Part shown: one piece after another, positions 20,749 to 29,646 of the stretch | Layout of the letters: each line of letters starts with the position of its first letter | Numbering within the stretch: position 1 is the stretch's first letter | From: Myxococcota bacterium | Lineage (GTDB): Bacteria > Myxococcota_A > UBA9160 > PR03 | Assembly: GCA_041611735.1 (NCBI GenBank) | Contig: JBFIML010000016.1 | Location: forward strand, 1-64,000 | DNA: 64,000 nt | Reading direction: 5' to 3' | The notes under the pieces: generated by a model | The model's database searches: none | What the model saw: only the letters and a program-made list of their open reading frames with translations | What the model was told of the DNA's origin: nothing | Made by a program: the position numbers and the translations under genes

Positions 20749-22758
20749 TCAGTCGCCGAGCGTGAAGGCGACCAGCGCATCGCCCAGGCGGGTTCGCCCC
20801 CGGGCGTGGCCGCCGGCGGCGATCACCACGTAGGGACGCCCCTCGATCTGGTAGGCCATGGGCGTGGCCTGGCCTCCCGCCGGCAGCCGGCCCTTCCAGA
20901 GCTCCTCGCCGCTGGCCAGGTCGAAGGCGCGCAGGTAATCGTCCATGGCGGCGGCGATGAAGACGAGGCCCTGGGAGGTGATGACCGGTCCGCCCAGGTT
21001 CGGGACCCCCATGCGCAGGGGGATCGGCACGGGCGCCAGGTCGCGCACCGTCCCGAAGGGCACCTGCCAGGCGATCGTGCCCCGGGCCAGGTCCACCGCC
21101 GCGAGCGTGCCCCAGGGCGGCGGCGTGCAGGGGAGACCCAGGGGCGACAGCACGGGGAAGCGCCGCATGGCGTAGGGCGTGCCGCGCTGCGGGCCGAGCT
21201 CGTCCTCCGGATGGGCGCGGCGCTCCGCCTCCACCTCGTCCCGGGGCACCAGCCGCACGGCGAAGGGGACGTTGGAGACGTTGGCCACCAGGAGCTGGCG
21301 CCCCACATCGACGGCGACGCCACCCCAGTTCGAGCCTCCCGCATTGCCTGGATACATGAGGGTGCCCTGCAGCGTGGGCGGTGTGTAGATGCCCTCGTAG
21401 CGCAGCGAGCGCAGCAGCTCCCGACAGCGTCCGCGGTCCCAGGGCGTGAGCCCCCAGGCCTGCTCCGGGGTGAGGGTGTGGGGGACCAGAGGTGGGGGCC
21501 GGGTGGGGAAGGGCTGGGTCGGCGAGAGGCGCTCGCCGGGCGCGCCGCCCTGTGGAACCGGCCGCTCCTCCACCGGAAAGACCGGTGCCCCGGTCTCCCG
21601 GTGCAGCACGAAGAGCAGCCCCATCTTGGTGGCCTGCACCACCACGGGGATCTCCCGGCCGTCGCGCCGCAGCGTGGTCAAGGTGGGCTGCGCCGGGACG
21701 TCGTAGTCCCAGAGGTCGTCGTGCACGGTAGGAAAGTGCCAGACGACCTGGCCCGTGGAGGCCCGCAGGGCGACCAACGAGCTTCCGTAGTGGTTCATGG
21801 AGGCCCGCGGTCCGCGCCAGTAGTCGTTGGCGGCGTTGCCCGTGGGCAGGAACACGAGGTCGCGCTCTGCGTCCACGGACATGGGTGCCCAGACGTTGGG
21901 GGTGCCGAGGGCGTGGCCGGCTGCGCTCGTGGTCCCGGGGGTCGGCACGAAGCCGGGCGGCGCCAGGTCCCAGCTCCAGACCTGGCGGCCACTGCGCGCG
22001 TCGAAGGCGCGCACCAGGCCGCTCGGGGCGTCGATGCGGACGTTGTCGCTCACCGCGGCCCCCACCACCACAAGGTCCCCCGCCACCACGGGCGACGAGG
22101 TGGACTGGTACTCCCCGATCCAGAGCGGCTCGCCCGCCGCCGGAGCCAGCGCAACCTCGCCTCCCGCGCCGAAATCCGGGCAGCGCAGTCCCGTGGCGGC
22201 GTCGACGGCCACCAGACGCGCGTCGACGGTGGTGGTGAAGAGACGTCGGGCGCAGGGCGCGTCCGGGGCGGCTCGCGCGTCGCGCCAATGGGCGACGCCC
22301 CGGCACACGAGCTGGTTCCCGTAGCGCCCCGTGAGGTCGATCTCCGGGTCGAAGCGCCACAGCAGCGCCCCCGTCGCGGGGTCCAAGGCGAAGACGCGGT
22401 TGAAGGGCGAGCACACGTAGAGGACGCCCTCCACCAGGATGGGTGTCGCCTGGAAGGCGGTGGCGGTCGGGATCGCGCCGCGCCCGTCCGAGACGTCGCC
22501 GGTGTGGAAGCTCCAGGCCACCCGCAGGCGGTCCACGTTCTCGGCGGTGATCGCGTCCAGGCGCACGAAGCGCTGCCCGCCCGGGTCGTTCCCATAGCTC
22601 GGCCAGGGGCTCGCCGGACGCGGCCGGGCGGGTCCGGGGTCCGCCGCACGCTCGCAGCCCGCGGCCGCCAGGGCGAGCAGCCCCAACGCGCCGAGCAGAC
22701 GCAGACTGCGCCTCGCGCTCGCCGACCGGGCTCCCTGGGCGCGGCTCCACCAGGCCAT
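20749..22758 (-). CDS. PQQ-dependent glucose/quinate-family dehydrogenase, probable lipoprotein
   Basis: WPSYG..GGQRF, FQATPI, CRGV, HDDLWDYD, PPPWG and ATPMAY..AGGH. Lipobox LAAAGC. Start at ATG 22758; the ORF-track extension is antisense to the next gene. Confidence 0.9.
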   Translation of the reverse strand: MAWWSRAQGARSASARRSLRLLGALGLLALAAAGCERAADPGPARPRPASPWPSYGNDPGGQRFVRLDAITAENVDRLRVAWSFHTGDVSDGRGAIPTATAFQATPILVEGVLYVCSPFNRVFALDPATGALLWRFDPEIDLTGRYGNQLVCRGVAHWRDARAAPDAPCARRLFTTTVDARLVAVDAATGLRCPDFGAGGEVALAPAAGEPLWIGEYQSTSSPVVAGDLVVVGAAVSDNVRIDAPSGLVRAFDARSGRQVWSWDLAPPGFVPTPGTTSAAGHALGTPNVWAPMSVDAERDLVFLPTGNAANDYWRGPRASMNHYGSSLVALRASTGQVVWHFPTVHDDLWDYDVPAQPTLTTLRRDGREIPVVVQATKMGLLFVLHRETGAPVFPVEERPVPQGGAPGERLSPTQPFPTRPPPLVPHTLTPEQAWGLTPWDRGRCRELLRSLRYEGIYTPPTLQGTLMYPGNAGGSNWGGVAVDVGRQLLVANVSNVPFAVRLVPRDEVEAERRAHPEDELGPQRGTPYAMRRFPVLSPLGLPCTPPPWGTLAAVDLARGTIAWQVPFGTVRDLAPVPIPLRMGVPNLGGPVITSQGLVFIAAAMDDYLRAFDLASGEELWKGRLPAGGQATPMAYQIEGRPYVVIAAGGHARGRTRLGDALVAFTLGD

Positions 22759-22866
22759 GCAGGTCCTTCCTCCCGCGGCCCGGGCATCTTCTCCGCAGCG
22801 CTCCTGCGCCGTCAAGCGGCGGGCGGGGTATCCTCGGCACCGGGCATCGGATCCCGGGAGGACCGC

Positions 22867-23988
22867 ATGGCCGCCATGCCGGGCACCGCGATCCAGGACG
22901 TTCCCCTGCAGGACGTCGAGTGGGAGGAGTGCTGCCTCCAGCCCGGGCGCAACCCCGAGCTCGAGCGGGAGCTGCGGGCCGAGTTCGGCATGGTGCCGCC
23001 CGCCGCGCGCTACTTCGCCGACTGTCCCTGGATCGGCCGCTCCCTGGTGGCCTTCCATTTCGAGCGGGGCCGTCTCGTCCACCTGCCCGCGGACCTGACC
23101 GACCGGATCGGCCTCGTGGTGAGCCAGGACAGCTCCTGCCGCTACTGCTACGCGGCCCACCGACTGATCCTGCGCTCCCTGGGCCTGTCCGAGTCGCGCA
23201 TCCGGCGTCTGGAGCAGGACCTCCTGGCTGCGGACCACGCGCCCCGCGAGCGGGCGATCCTCGACTTCGCCCGCGCGTTCTCCCGGGCGAGTCCCCTGCC
23301 CACCCAGGACGACATCCGGTCGCTGCGGCAGGCGGGCCTGGACGAAGCCGCCGTCAAGGAGGTCGCCGTGGTGGCGGGCTACTCCGTGGCGGCGTGCCGG
23401 TTCTCGACGCTCCCGGCGCTTCCGCCCCAACGGCTCGAAGCCCTGCCGGATCGCTGGTTCATGCGCGTCGCGCGGCCGCTCCTGGCCCGTGCCATCCGGC
23501 GGGGCTTTCGTCCCGGACGACCGGAGCGCCTGGCTCCGGAGCAGGCGGCGGGCCCCTTCGCCTTCCTGGTGCGCGAGCTCGACGGCCTGCCCCTGGCCCG
23601 CTCCATGCGCCAGGTGATCGACGAGGCCTGGGCCTCGCCGCTCCTCCCGCGCCGGACCAAGGGGCTGGTCTTCGCGGTGGTGGCGCGCGGTCTCGGCTGC
23701 CCGCTCTCCGAGCAGGAGGCGACGCGCCTGCTCGCCGCGGAGGGCCTCGAGCCCCAGGCCCTGCGGCCCGTCCTGGAGCACCTGGCGTCGCCGGACCTGG
23801 ACCCCACGGAGCGCGAGGCGGTGCCCTTCGCCCGGGAGACGATCTGGTACCGGCCGGCGTCCATCCAGCGCCGGGCCCGGGAGGTGTGTGGACAGCTCGG
23901 CGCGCCGCGCTTCCTCGAGCTCCTCGGCGTCGCGGCGCTGGCGAACATGGTGTGCCGGCTCGCCGCCACCTTCCACGCCCTGCGATGA
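22867..23988 (+). CDS. Two-domain AhpD/carboxymuconolactone decarboxylase-like protein
   Basis: IGLVVSQDSSCRYCYAAH (CxxC) and RERAILDFA. The second repeat has LPRRTKGLVFAVVARGLGCPLS. Confidence 0.75.
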   Translation: MAAMPGTAIQDVPLQDVEWEECCLQPGRNPELERELRAEFGMVPPAARYFADCPWIGRSLVAFHFERGRLVHLPADLTDRIGLVVSQDSSCRYCYAAHRLILRSLGLSESRIRRLEQDLLAADHAPRERAILDFARAFSRASPLPTQDDIRSLRQAGLDEAAVKEVAVVAGYSVAACRFSTLPALPPQRLEALPDRWFMRVARPLLARAIRRGFRPGRPERLAPEQAAGPFAFLVRELDGLPLARSMRQVIDEAWASPLLPRRTKGLVFAVVARGLGCPLSEQEATRLLAAEGLEPQALRPVLEHLASPDLDPTEREAVPFARETIWYRPASIQRRAREVCGQLGAPRFLELLGVAALANMVCRLAATFHALR

Positions 23989-24764
23989 AGCTGGCCGTCT
24001 TCCTGGGCGCCGCGGCCGTCGTCCTCGCCGGGGCCTGGTGGCGCGTGCGTGGGGAGACCCTGCGCCTGCGCGCCCGCCTGGAGGCGGCGGTCGAAAGCCT
24101 GGAGCGCCTGCAACGCTCCTTGGCCCGGGTGGCTCCCGAGCAGCTGGTGGACCGCATCGCAGCGGGCGGTCTTCCGACCCGCGGCGAGCGCAAGGAGGTG
24201 ACCGTCCTGTTCGCCGACATCGTGGGCTTCACGGCGCTCAGCGAACGGCTCGAGCCCCACGTCCTGGTGGAGGTCCTGAACGGCTACTTCGCGCGCATGA
24301 ATCGGGCCATCGACGCGCACCGCGGGCACGTCTCGACCCTGATCGGCGACGGGATCCTGGCCCTCTTCGGTGCCTTCGAGCCGAACCCCTGGCAGGGGGA
24401 CGACGCCGTGCACGCGGCCCTGGCCATGCGGGCCGCCCTCGACGAGTACAACCGCGAGCTCGAGAACCGAGGCCTCCCCCGCCTCGCCGTCGGGATCGGG
24501 CTGCACCGGGGCGTGGGGGTGGCGGGGCTCGTGGGCAGCCCCGAGCGCAAGGACTTCGCCGTGGTGGGCGGGCCGGTGAACGTGGCGGCCCGGGTCCAGG
24601 GACTGACGCGCCGCTACGAGACCGATGCACTCCTCACCGAGGACCTGCAGCGCACCCTCGATCCGCGCTTCCTGCTGCGGCGCTTCCCCCCGGCGGAGCT
24701 GCGCGGCATCTCCCGGCCCGTGCCGGTTTTCGCCGTCGACGGCTTCGCCGCCTCAGGAGCCTGA
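23985..24764 (+). CDS. Single-TM class III adenylate/guanylate cyclase-domain protein
   Basis: N-terminal TM, coiled coil, VLFADIVGFT, LIGDGILALFG and VNVAARVQ. ATGA overlap with the upstream gene. Confidence 0.88.
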   Translation: MKLAVFLGAAAVVLAGAWWRVRGETLRLRARLEAAVESLERLQRSLARVAPEQLVDRIAAGGLPTRGERKEVTVLFADIVGFTALSERLEPHVLVEVLNGYFARMNRAIDAHRGHVSTLIGDGILALFGAFEPNPWQGDDAVHAALAMRAALDEYNRELENRGLPRLAVGIGLHRGVGVAGLVGSPERKDFAVVGGPVNVAARVQGLTRRYETDALLTEDLQRTLDPRFLLRRFPPAELRGISRPVPVFAVDGFAASGA

Positions 24765-25562
24765 TCCAGCACCGGGCGCGTGGTTTGGGCGTCCATCGGG
24801 GCGGCGCGCCGCCCCGGCGCCACACTCCGGGCAGGTGTGAGCCTCCTGGGGGATTCCGCCGAGCTCCGGATCCACCTGCGCGACCTCTTCCGCGCTGGTG
24901 GGCAGCACGAGCTTGTTGGCGTGGTGGTTCATTGCGACCCCGCACTCCGGACACGTCATGGGCGGCGGGGGCGGGGCGGCCTCCCCCGGTGCCGCCACGT
25001 GCATGCGCCCGTGGCGCAGCACCGTCGCCATCCAGACCAGCTCGTCCAGGAACTCCCCGGTGCGTCGCACGAAGGCCTGCTCGCGCAGGGTGCCCGTGGC
25101 GTCGAAGACGCGCTCCACGCTCCCGAAGTAGACGTCCGTGAAGATCATGGCCAGGCCGAGCTCCCGGGCCACGGGCAGGAAGCTCTGGATCACGCGGGAG
25201 CCGCCGAAGGGCCCGGCGCTCACCCCCACCACGCCTACGGGCTTGTGGATGTACTCCTCCAGGCAGGTGTCGAGGGCGTGCTTCAGGAGACCCGGGAAGC
25301 TGTGGTTGTACTCCGGCGCCACCACCACCAGCCCGTCGCAGCGGTTCATGCGGTCGGCGAAGCTCGCCTCCTTGGCCTCCTCCCCCGCGTCGTCCAAGGG
25401 GAGCCGAAGGTCCAGAAGGTCGATCAGCTCGGTCACGACGCCCGAGCGCTTGCCCAGCTGCTCTGCCACGAAGTGGGCTGCGTGGGCCGAGAGACGGCCC
25501 TTGCGGGTCGTGCCGAGGATCACCGGCAGGTAGAGCGGACGGTCCACGGTCTCGGGTGTCAT
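24753..25562 (-). CDS. NADPH-dependent FMN reductase with C-terminal CxxC...CxxC extension
   Basis: ILGTTRKGR, APEYNHSFPGLLKHALD and KPVGVVGVSAGPFGG. Tail CPEC...CPEC. Confidence 0.88.
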   Translation of the reverse strand: MTPETVDRPLYLPVILGTTRKGRLSAHAAHFVAEQLGKRSGVVTELIDLLDLRLPLDDAGEEAKEASFADRMNRCDGLVVVAPEYNHSFPGLLKHALDTCLEEYIHKPVGVVGVSAGPFGGSRVIQSFLPVARELGLAMIFTDVYFGSVERVFDATGTLREQAFVRRTGEFLDELVWMATVLRHGRMHVAAPGEAAPPPPPMTCPECGVAMNHHANKLVLPTSAEEVAQVDPELGGIPQEAHTCPECGAGAARRPDGRPNHAPGAGSGS

Positions 25563-26596
25563 GTCGGGTCCTTCCTGGCTCGCGCCCCGGGCCGGACGAA
25601 GCCTGCGCCCCGGGTCTGGAGCCGGATGCGATGCACGGCCGTTGCCGCCGTGACGAAGAGCTCCGAGCCGTCGCCCCCGAAGGCGGCGTTCGAGGTGGCG
25701 ACGCCGGTCAGGATGCTACCGAGGTGCGTCCCATCCGGCGCGAAGACGTGCACCCCGCCCGGACCGGCGGCAAACAGGTGGCCGGCCGCGTCCACGGCGA
25801 AGCCGTCCGGGAAGCCGGGCCAGCGCCGGGTCCAGGGCGTGGCGTCGAAGAACAGGCGCCCCGGGCCGAGCTTGCCGTCCTCGCGCACCGGGTAGCTCAT
25901 CCAGACCGGCCGTCGGGGGTCCGAGTTCGAGACGTAGAGGGTGCGCTCGTCGGGGGACAAGGCGATCCCGTTCGGGGCCGAGAGCTCGCGCGTCAGGAGT
26001 TCCAGCTCGCCGTCCGGGCGTAGGCGGTAGACGCCGCTCCAGGTCAGCTCCCGGGCCGGGTCCTCGAAGGCGCGCGGCAGGCCGAAGGGCGGGTCCGTGA
26101 ACCAGAGCTCCCCGTTCGCGCGGAAGAGCAGATCGTTGGGGCTGTTCAGGCGCCGGCCCTGGTAGCGGTCGGCCAGCAGCGTGCGGCTTCCGTCCGCCTC
26201 GAGCCGCGACACGCGCCGGTCGCCGTGCTCGCAGAGGACCAGGCGCCCCCTGGCGTCCAGGGCGAGGCCGTTCGAACCCGGCTCGCGCCCGGCGAAGGGC
26301 TCGGGCCCCGCCCAGCCGCTCGGCGTGAGGAAGGGCCGCGCTCCCCCGCCCGCCCGCCACAGAAAGACCGTGTTGCGCGCCACGTCCGAGAAGAACAGGC
26401 CTCCGCGCCGCGCGTCCCACACGGGACCTTCGAGCCACGTGAAGCCCTCGGCCACCGTCTCGAGCCGGGCGTCGGCAGGGACCAGGGCGTCGAAGCGGGG
26501 ATCCACGCGCCAGAGCTCCCCGGCCCGGGCGGCGCTGCTCGCGCCGAACGCCGCGCCGAGGACGAGGGCGGCCCGCCAGCGTCGTCGTCGCGTCAC
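25559..26596 (-). CDS. SMP-30/gluconolactonase family protein, secreted
   Basis: Signal peptide, EGPVW, GSNGL, LNSPNDL, PNGIALSPD and PDGFAVD. Confidence 0.9.
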   Translation of the reverse strand: MTRRRRWRAALVLGAAFGASSAARAGELWRVDPRFDALVPADARLETVAEGFTWLEGPVWDARRGGLFFSDVARNTVFLWRAGGGARPFLTPSGWAGPEPFAGREPGSNGLALDARGRLVLCEHGDRRVSRLEADGSRTLLADRYQGRRLNSPNDLLFRANGELWFTDPPFGLPRAFEDPARELTWSGVYRLRPDGELELLTRELSAPNGIALSPDERTLYVSNSDPRRPVWMSYPVREDGKLGPGRLFFDATPWTRRWPGFPDGFAVDAAGHLFAAGPGGVHVFAPDGTHLGSILTGVATSNAAFGGDGSELFVTAATAVHRIRLQTRGAGFVRPGARARKDPT

Positions 26597-28224
26597 TTCC
26601 CGACCCCCGGGATGCCGAGCGGCATGCGGTAGAGGGCGGAGCGCGCCGTCAGGTAGAGGCTGCGCCCATCGGCGTCGCCCCAGGCAAAGTTGGCCGGGAG
26701 CCGCGGCGGCCGGATCGTGCCCAGGTGCCGCGCGTCGGGCGAGAGCACCCACACGCCGCCGGGGCCCGACACATAGAGGTTGCCGGCGCGATCGACCTCG
26801 AGGCCGTCGAGGGCCTCCTCGCCGGGGGCCCCGGTCATGTCGAAGAAGACCTGGCCGTCCGAGAGTCCACCGTCCGACGCCACCCGGTAGCGCATCACCA
26901 CCTTCTTCTCCGGGTCCCAGTTGGTGACGTAGAGGAAGCGCTCGTCCGGAGAGAAGGCGATCCCGTTGGGACCCTGGAGGTCGCGGGACACGAGACGCAG
27001 GTTCCCGTCCTTCCAGGCGTAGACGCCACTCCAGGGCAGCTCCTTGCGCGGGTCGTCGAAGAAGCGCGGCAGGCCGAAGGGCGGATCCGTAAAGTAGAGG
27101 GTGCCGTCGGAGTGCCAGAGCAGGTCGTTCGGGCTGTTGAGACGCCGTCCGTCGTAGCGATCCGCCAGGACCGTCAGGCGGCCGTCGCGCTCCAGGCGGC
27201 TCACCCGATGGCGCCCGTGCTCGTCGATGGTGAGGCGGCCCTGGGGGTCGAGGGCCAGGCCGTTGGAGCCCGGCTGCTCGTACTCGGCCGCGTCGGCGCC
27301 GTCGTAGCCGCTCTGCTCCCGGAAGACGGTGAGGGCGCCACCGTCGCGCGGGTCGTAGCGGTAGATGCGGTTGGCATTGGGATCGCTGAAGAGCAGCACG
27401 CCCTCGTCCGGGAGCCACAGGGGCCCCTCGGTGAACTGGAAGCCCTCGGCCAGCTTGAAGACCTTGGGATTCGGGGGAACGATGGCGTCGAGACCGGGAT
27501 CCAGGCGCACGACCTCGACGTTCACCTCCTCCGGCTCCACCGCCCAGGGGCCGGTCTCGCCACTCGGGTGGAACTCGAGCTTCGCCTCCCGCATCCAGAT
27601 GAAGTTCGCCGGGGGATCCGAGAGCGGGCCGTTCGCCCCGAACACGGCAATCAGGATGCGCTGGCCCGGCCGCACGTGGCGTCCGATCACCACACGGTTC
27701 GGCGCGTTCCAGCCCGCTACCATGGAGCCGCCGCGCTGCGCCAGGCGCCGGGGCAGCTCCCCGTCCACCCAGACCTCGGCGTAGTCGTCCACCGCCGTCT
27801 GGAAGACCACCGTCGCCCCGCTCGGGTCGAAGGCGCCGATCCGCTCCGGAATCGTGATCTGGATCCGGTACCAGGAGAAGCACAGGCGTCCCGTGGAGCG
27901 GCGGGCCGCCAGGGTCTCCGGCGCGATGACCGGCCAGGCCGAGTCGTCGAAGTCGGCGCGGCCCGCGTGGGGCGACACGTCCCAGGTGCGGACCGGGGCC
28001 CCGGTGGGCTGGCCGTCGGCCCCCGGGGCCCGGTGCATGACCTCCACCACACGCACGTCGGACCAGCGCCACGCGCCCCCGACCAGGCGTACGCCTTCGG
28101 CCGTGGCGAGATCCACCCCGGCCGCCGGCGGGCCCATCGGCTCAGGCGGACCCGCCGGCGCCGCGCCGGCCCCGCCCGCCGCCGTCCATGCGGCCAGCAG
28201 CGCCACGCCCAGTGCCGCTCTCAC
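26593..28224 (-). CDS. SMP-30/gluconolactonase with N-terminal galactose-binding-like domain, secreted
   Basis: N-domain DFDDSAW..SWYR..VDDYAEVWVDG. C-domain FTEGP, GSNGL, NSPNDL, PNGIAFSPD and DGLEVD. Confidence 0.88.
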   Translation of the reverse strand: MRAALGVALLAAWTAAGGAGAAPAGPPEPMGPPAAGVDLATAEGVRLVGGAWRWSDVRVVEVMHRAPGADGQPTGAPVRTWDVSPHAGRADFDDSAWPVIAPETLAARRSTGRLCFSWYRIQITIPERIGAFDPSGATVVFQTAVDDYAEVWVDGELPRRLAQRGGSMVAGWNAPNRVVIGRHVRPGQRILIAVFGANGPLSDPPANFIWMREAKLEFHPSGETGPWAVEPEEVNVEVVRLDPGLDAIVPPNPKVFKLAEGFQFTEGPLWLPDEGVLLFSDPNANRIYRYDPRDGGALTVFREQSGYDGADAAEYEQPGSNGLALDPQGRLTIDEHGRHRVSRLERDGRLTVLADRYDGRRLNSPNDLLWHSDGTLYFTDPPFGLPRFFDDPRKELPWSGVYAWKDGNLRLVSRDLQGPNGIAFSPDERFLYVTNWDPEKKVVMRYRVASDGGLSDGQVFFDMTGAPGEEALDGLEVDRAGNLYVSGPGGVWVLSPDARHLGTIRPPRLPANFAWGDADGRSLYLTARSALYRMPLGIPGVGK

Positions 28225-28673
28225 GAGCCGTCTCCCGACGCCGTCACCTTCACCACGTAGTAGAGGAAGGGACCGCGCACGGCCTGGAACCAGTGCGGCG
28301 TTCCGTTCGGCACCACCACCACGTCGCCGGCTGCGAGCTCGCGGGTCTCGCCGTTGCGGATCGCCGCGCCACGGATCTCGTCCGCAGCGACGGTCTCGCC
28401 GTCCACCACGCTCCCACCGGTCACGAACGTGGCCGAGCCTTCCAGCACGTAGATCACGTCCGTGTCCCGGACGTGCACCTCCGACTGGCCCGGCGCCTCA
28501 CGCCGGCTGGCATGCACCTTGTAGGAGTCGTTCTCCAGCAGCGGGGCGCCCCTGGCGAAAGCCGCTGCCACGCTTCCCTTCGGCAGGTAGGTCACGTCCG
28601 CGGCGTCGGCCCGCAGGGCCACGGCGGCCAGGGCTCCGGCCACGAGGGCCGCGATGCGGATGGGCTTCGACAT
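28221..28673 (-). CDS. Secreted cupin-domain protein
   Basis: Signal peptide, EVHVRDTDVIYVLEG and GDVVVVPNGTPHWF. GGAGGAG RBS before ATG 28673. Confidence 0.85.
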   Translation of the reverse strand: MSKPIRIAALVAGALAAVALRADAADVTYLPKGSVAAAFARGAPLLENDSYKVHASRREAPGQSEVHVRDTDVIYVLEGSATFVTGGSVVDGETVAADEIRGAAIRNGETRELAAGDVVVVPNGTPHWFQAVRGPFLYYVVKVTASGDGS

Positions 28674-29182
28674 GCTGTGTCTCCTCCGCCGGGCGGTCCC
28701 CAACGGACCGCCTGGGCTGCGACCTTGGCGATGGCCTCGTCCTGCTCGGCGCTGGCGGCGCCGCTCACACCCACCGCGCCCACCACCGTGCCGCCGACCC
28801 GGATCGGGACGCCGCCCTGGAGCGGCGTCATCTCCGGCACCGCCACCAGCGACGTGCGGCCGTTGCGGATCGCCGTCTCGAAATCCGCGGTCGCGCGTCG
28901 GAAGATCGCGGCGGTCTGCGCCTTGTGGGTGGCCACGGGAGCCGCCGCCGGGAAGGTCCCGTCCAGCCGCTCGAGGTACAGGAGGTGCCCGCCGGCATCG
29001 ACCACGGCGATGGCACCGCCCGCTCCGTTGCCGCGGGCCTCGGCGGCAGCCGCTGCCGCCACGGCCTTGGCCTGCTCCAGGGTGAGGATCGGGGCTCGCG
29101 CGATCTCCGCAGTCTCGCCGAAGGCGCCGCCCGCCACGGCGACCAGTGCCAGTGCGCCGAGACACGTACGTACGGACTTCAT
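28592..29182 (-). CDS. GlcG/HbpS-type haem-binding protein, secreted
   Basis: IAVVDAGG, KAQTAA and GGVPI..VVGAVGVSG..EQDE, with a signal peptide. Confidence 0.88.
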   Translation of the reverse strand: MKSVRTCLGALALVAVAGGAFGETAEIARAPILTLEQAKAVAAAAAAEARGNGAGGAIAVVDAGGHLLYLERLDGTFPAAAPVATHKAQTAAIFRRATADFETAIRNGRTSLVAVPEMTPLQGGVPIRVGGTVVGAVGVSGAASAEQDEAIAKVAAQAVRWGPPGGGDTACRSPSASRPSWPEPWPPWPCGPTPRT

Positions 29183-29195
29183 GAGGGTCTCCTTC

Positions 29196-29606
29196 TCACT
29201 TCACCGGCGAGGCGAAGGACGCCTCGCCGAGAAGCGTCTCCGCGAAGGCGCACCACATCTGCACCTTCGCCACGTCCGGCACGTAGTCCGGCAGGGGGAT
29301 CGAGCGGTTCAGCCGGTCGCCCTTCACGTCGAGGCGCTGGAGCAGATGGGTGCGCCCCTGGGAGTCCACCACCTGCCAGTGCGGGTCCGGCGTGCCGGGC
29401 GGCTCGAAGTCCGCAGAGAGCGTGAGGATCGAGTGCCCGCCCTGGTGCTGGTGGGTCACGGTCCCGCCGTTCACCTTGACGCCGGAGAAGGGGCCACTCA
29501 CGTGGGTCTCGTCCGCGGCCCATCCCGTGGCGGCCGTCGAAAGACCCATCCCGAACAGGACCAGGGCCACGAGCCCGGTCCATCCACGCCGTCGTACACG
29601 CTGCAT
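29196..29606 (-). CDS. Secreted DM13-like protein
   Basis: Signal peptide. SGPFSG..GGTV, PDPHWQVVD and VQMWCAFAETLLGEASF resemble DM13. AAGGAG RBS. Confidence 0.65.
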   Translation of the reverse strand: MQRVRRRGWTGLVALVLFGMGLSTAATGWAADETHVSGPFSGVKVNGGTVTHQHQGGHSILTLSADFEPPGTPDPHWQVVDSQGRTHLLQRLDVKGDRLNRSIPLPDYVPDVAKVQMWCAFAETLLGEASFASPVK

Positions 29607-29646
29607 GGGAGCTCCTTTCGGGGCGGGACCGCCGCGTCGGAGCCAC

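Noticed and set aside
22759-23976. Apparent 400-aa N-terminal extension of the PQQ dehydrogenase
   Set aside because: It is the antisense of the AhpD-like gene. A signal/lipobox begins at ATG 22758.
25630-25655. Further ECF-like motifs (cGTCAC-N15-GCATC here; GTATC-N15-GCGTC near 41158-41182)
   Set aside because: The spacer is 15 rather than 16. The first lies in coding sequence and the second overlaps a sigma70-like TATCAT, so chance cannot be excluded.
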